A stretch of DNA of 64,000 bases, taken from positions 9,427,129 to 9,491,128 of the forward strand of contig CM082576.2 of assembly GCA_040954595.2 (NCBI GenBank), written 5' to 3'. This stretch comes from Balanoglossus misakiensis (Eukaryota > Animalia > Hemichordata). Numbering within the stretch: position 1 is the first letter of the stretch; each line of letters begins with the position of its first letter. This document shows, piece after piece, positions 60,740 to 64,000 of this stretch. The position numbers were made by a program, and so were the translations under genes. Under the pieces are notes generated by a model that worked only from the letters and a program-made list of their open reading frames with translations, was not told the DNA's origin and did no database searches.

Positions 60740-63700
60740 TCATATATGACCATTTATTGGACTGGCTGCGTCATTGTGAGCAGGTATGGGACCTGGTCCA
60801 TGGAAACCCCTGCCCTCACATTTACTGCACTCGACATCAGTTTTCTTTCTGCCGATCAGCCAGTTGTAGACGACAACCAGAGACCCAGTCTGCCCCTGTG
60901 GTCCCATGATGCCCAGCATGGTCGTAAACAACCCCAGGGAAAAGATAAGCGAGAAGCCGATGGTGCAAAACATGAAAATACCGAACTGCATAAAAAACAG
61001 AATTTCAGCGAACAGCATAAACATGGACGCGCCCAGAGTGGTGGCCGCCCCGGACACCACAGACACGCCCACGTGTTCCAACATGTCGCGTAGTCTCCCG
61101 AGGCGGTCCTCTTTCTGTGACATGTGATAGCCTTCAGCCAGGTGTACCACGTAGTCTACTGCCAGACCCACGATCAGCGACAGATTCAACGACTCCAGTA
61201 GCTGTAAAGACAGAAGATAAAGTGAAAGTCACCACATGGGACAGAATATAGTAGATGGTTCTGGTAGGTAGGGCCTATCTAATATACGCTACGTCACCAG
61301 GTAGGGCGACAGTTTTCTGTGATCCGAAGAAAGTGAGTGTGGACGAACTTCTGCAATCCAACCTTCTCAAATTCGATGAATTAATGCCGCCAAATTCGTA
61401 ATTTAATATTTCGCGCGATACGCATATATTTGTATATAGCTTATGGTAACATATACATTGAAATATTTTGCAGAATATGAGTGACACTCTAGTTTTCCTA
61501 CGTCTGTGTACAATGTATTTTACCATGCATCTTCTTCACAAACAGTCATGAAAGTGATACTAGTATGTAATCAATGGTAAATGCACGTTCACTTACTCCG
61601 AGTTTCCAACCTGCCATTGGAATCACGCCAATCACACAACCAGTCGTCAGTCCGATGGAAATGGTTGCCATGGCACCGATGATGATGTTCTGCGTTGCTA
61701 TGACGAGCACGGGAAATGCGAGTACGATTCCGAGAATGATGCCCCTAATGGCAGAATCCGCTAGCGACTGCAATTAGAAATTGTATATACATGTACCATG
61801 CCTTAAATTGGTTGCATAGAACAGAACTTTGCCTTAAGTTTATTGGGTTTGCTTTGGATAGTAAGGCGGGGCTGTCTCTTCAACGAGTTTCCATCACATC
61901 CTGAGGACAAAGCGGTGAAACGTATGAACAAAGATGGTACAAAGTGGAACTTACAAACAGGACGATCGATAATTTGCGGACGCCCACTTTTGGATTTTAG
62001 AGGGAAACAGTTTTACATCTTATCACATGAAACAAGCTAAACCCTGGTAGCATCAAAAATCATCATCCAAGACTGACCTTTTGAACTTTGATCCAGTGCC
62101 ACAGGTTAAATCCTTCGCAGGTACATTGAAATCCGTTCGCCACAGAGGGAGGCATTGTCTGCATCTGTAAAGACGAGATAGAGAGTATGTGATATAGGTT
62201 AACATTGGCGGACACCCCAAAACAGAAAAAATATCGATATATTCACCAACATATAAGTTATCGCGGTATTTACGCCAATTTTTGTTTTCAGTTTTCTAAT
62301 CATGTCAATCAAATCTACCATGACGCATATGGAACAAAATAAGTAAATATAGTGATGGAAATCGGTGTTCATGTCGTTACTGGAGACTGATGAATATAGA
62401 TGTGCTAGTACGATTCGATAAATTCAATATGGCCATGATACTTAATATCTACGAAAATTTATCTCCGGTTCCTCCATTATCTACTCACGTACCTACAACA
62501 TTGTAAGGCTTCGCCAGAAGCCAAAATATCCATTTCTGTAATCCATACAACGTGCTGTCTGTAACATTTCGCGTTTAATGCACTCTATTGCATAATGGAA
62601 ATCATAATTGAAATTTGATATGTCTTCGCTCTGAAACTGAGCTAATATAACCATGAGCAACCTATACATTTTAATGATTGAATTCTTAAACCTAGTACCA
62701 GATTTCTTATTTTGATTCATTTCTGAATAATTTTCAAATGATGTAAGTGAGACTTTGTGCAATCAACTTGATTGATTTTGATTTTATTACATGCAGCTAT
62801 GGACACCAGATTTCCACTGAAATCAGCTGAATGTAACGAGTTAACAATAACGACGAGGAAATTTTAGCACGTCTCATTGCTGAACGAAGGTTTTTTTTTA
62901 ACGTTAATGGGTATAGAGTAATGAAAGAACAGGAATGAATGAAAGCCAAACTTTCAGGAGACAAAAACTCATCACGCAGTTTTTTTATTTTTTACGCTGG
63001 AGGAGGAAATGCCGCACATTTCATTGAGCAGAGCAACTTGTCAAATTTTAATCATCTTCGCCCGCAAATGTCGCTTTGCTCGACGATGAATTGTAATGAC
63101 GTCATATGGACTAGAATCGCACTACCTACCTCCGCGCCGACGAAGTCTTCCCAAGCATTGATGATTGTTATACCGGTCTCGTAGCCGATAGTTCCGTACA
63201 GCAGGGACGTCTTCACAAGAATGGCGGCGTACTTCAGGCGAGTCCCATAGACATCTGCGAGGAAATGACACATTGAAATACATGTACTACAGGGTTGTAT
63301 AATCGGTCATCGATCTCGGCGCCTCGTAGTGAATGTAGTGGTAAACCCAAACGTTTTCGAAGATACGCTTTCGCTGTGTCATAAAAATACGCGTGGCAAT
63401 TCATTTGGGTATTATTTAGAGTGTACACGATGTATTTGGTGGACCATTTGATTTGAGCACAAGTACCTTGTATGTGAAATTAAAACAAACACATTCAACA
63501 GGTGTAATGAACGAGTTGTCCTGGTGTAATGTCAGTGTTTGGGGTAAAACAAGTTTTCAAATGCAAAAAGACATGAAGCAATGTGTCCGTTGGTCTCGTC
63601 ACGGTCACCTCCAAACGGCAATGACGCATGCGGACACGTACCTGTATTGTCGACGGTGGGCAGCGTGTCTCTGCTGTCCATCTCCTCCCCAATGAGCCAG

Positions 63701-63909
63701 TCGTAGTCTTCGTTGTCATCGTTGGCCCTTCCGCTGTATCCCCTCGTTAGCCAGTATCCAAGGCCAGTCTCGAAGTAGCGATAGAAAGTGTCGTGCAACC
63801 CGGACGCGTCGAATGTGTCCGGATTTGCGTCCATCAAACTTCGCATTTTGATCTCGCTTACGGGCATGCTGACATCCGTGCCGTTTGGCAAACCTGTCGC
63901 GTTTAAGTT
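60740..63909 (-). CDS. Dispatched-like (DISP3/PTCHD2-type) RND-family membrane protein, 3' part; exons 63642-63909, 63130-63254, 62078-62164, 61597-61767, 60740-61201; 5' end lies beyond the window
   Basis: GWKLG|LLESLNLSLIVGLAVDYVVHLAEGY (GxxxD motif), VGVSVVSGAATT, FFMQFGIFM...LGIMGP. Splice phases are consistent. Confidence 0.85.
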
Positions 63910-64000
63910 CTGAAAGTGAACAATCATGTCAAACTTGATTTATATAAACGAGGGCAGTTTCTTCTAATACGCATTATGGGTGCACAGTGAACGAAAGAGG

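Overview
AT-rich, intron-containing animal genomic DNA. The gene content and repeat types suggest a marine invertebrate deuterostome (inference only). Gene models were assembled by hand from GT-AG splice sites. In order: about 7 kb of non-coding DNA; a three-exon 83-aa CD24/CD52-like GPI-type micro-protein gene (+) that the ORF track does not show whole; SF3B2 (-) head-to-head with MRPL11 (+); an intronless B4GALNT1/2-like GT2 glycosyltransferase (+); a repeat/MITE-rich interval; RRP36 (-) head-to-head with an unannotated three-exon 114-aa coiled-coil gene (+); SCYL1 (-); and the 3' part of a Dispatched/RND-family gene (-). The main finding lies in the 14.3-kb first intron of MRPL11. It carries four antisense TMEM121-family paralogs with uninterrupted CDSs, arranged as alternating A/B types. 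Each has a C-terminal C-x2-C-x11-H-x3-C zinc-finger motif and a nearly invariant HHN[VI]KPFC loop, neither of which I recall in vertebrate TMEM121. All family assignments come from recalled motifs, not database searches.
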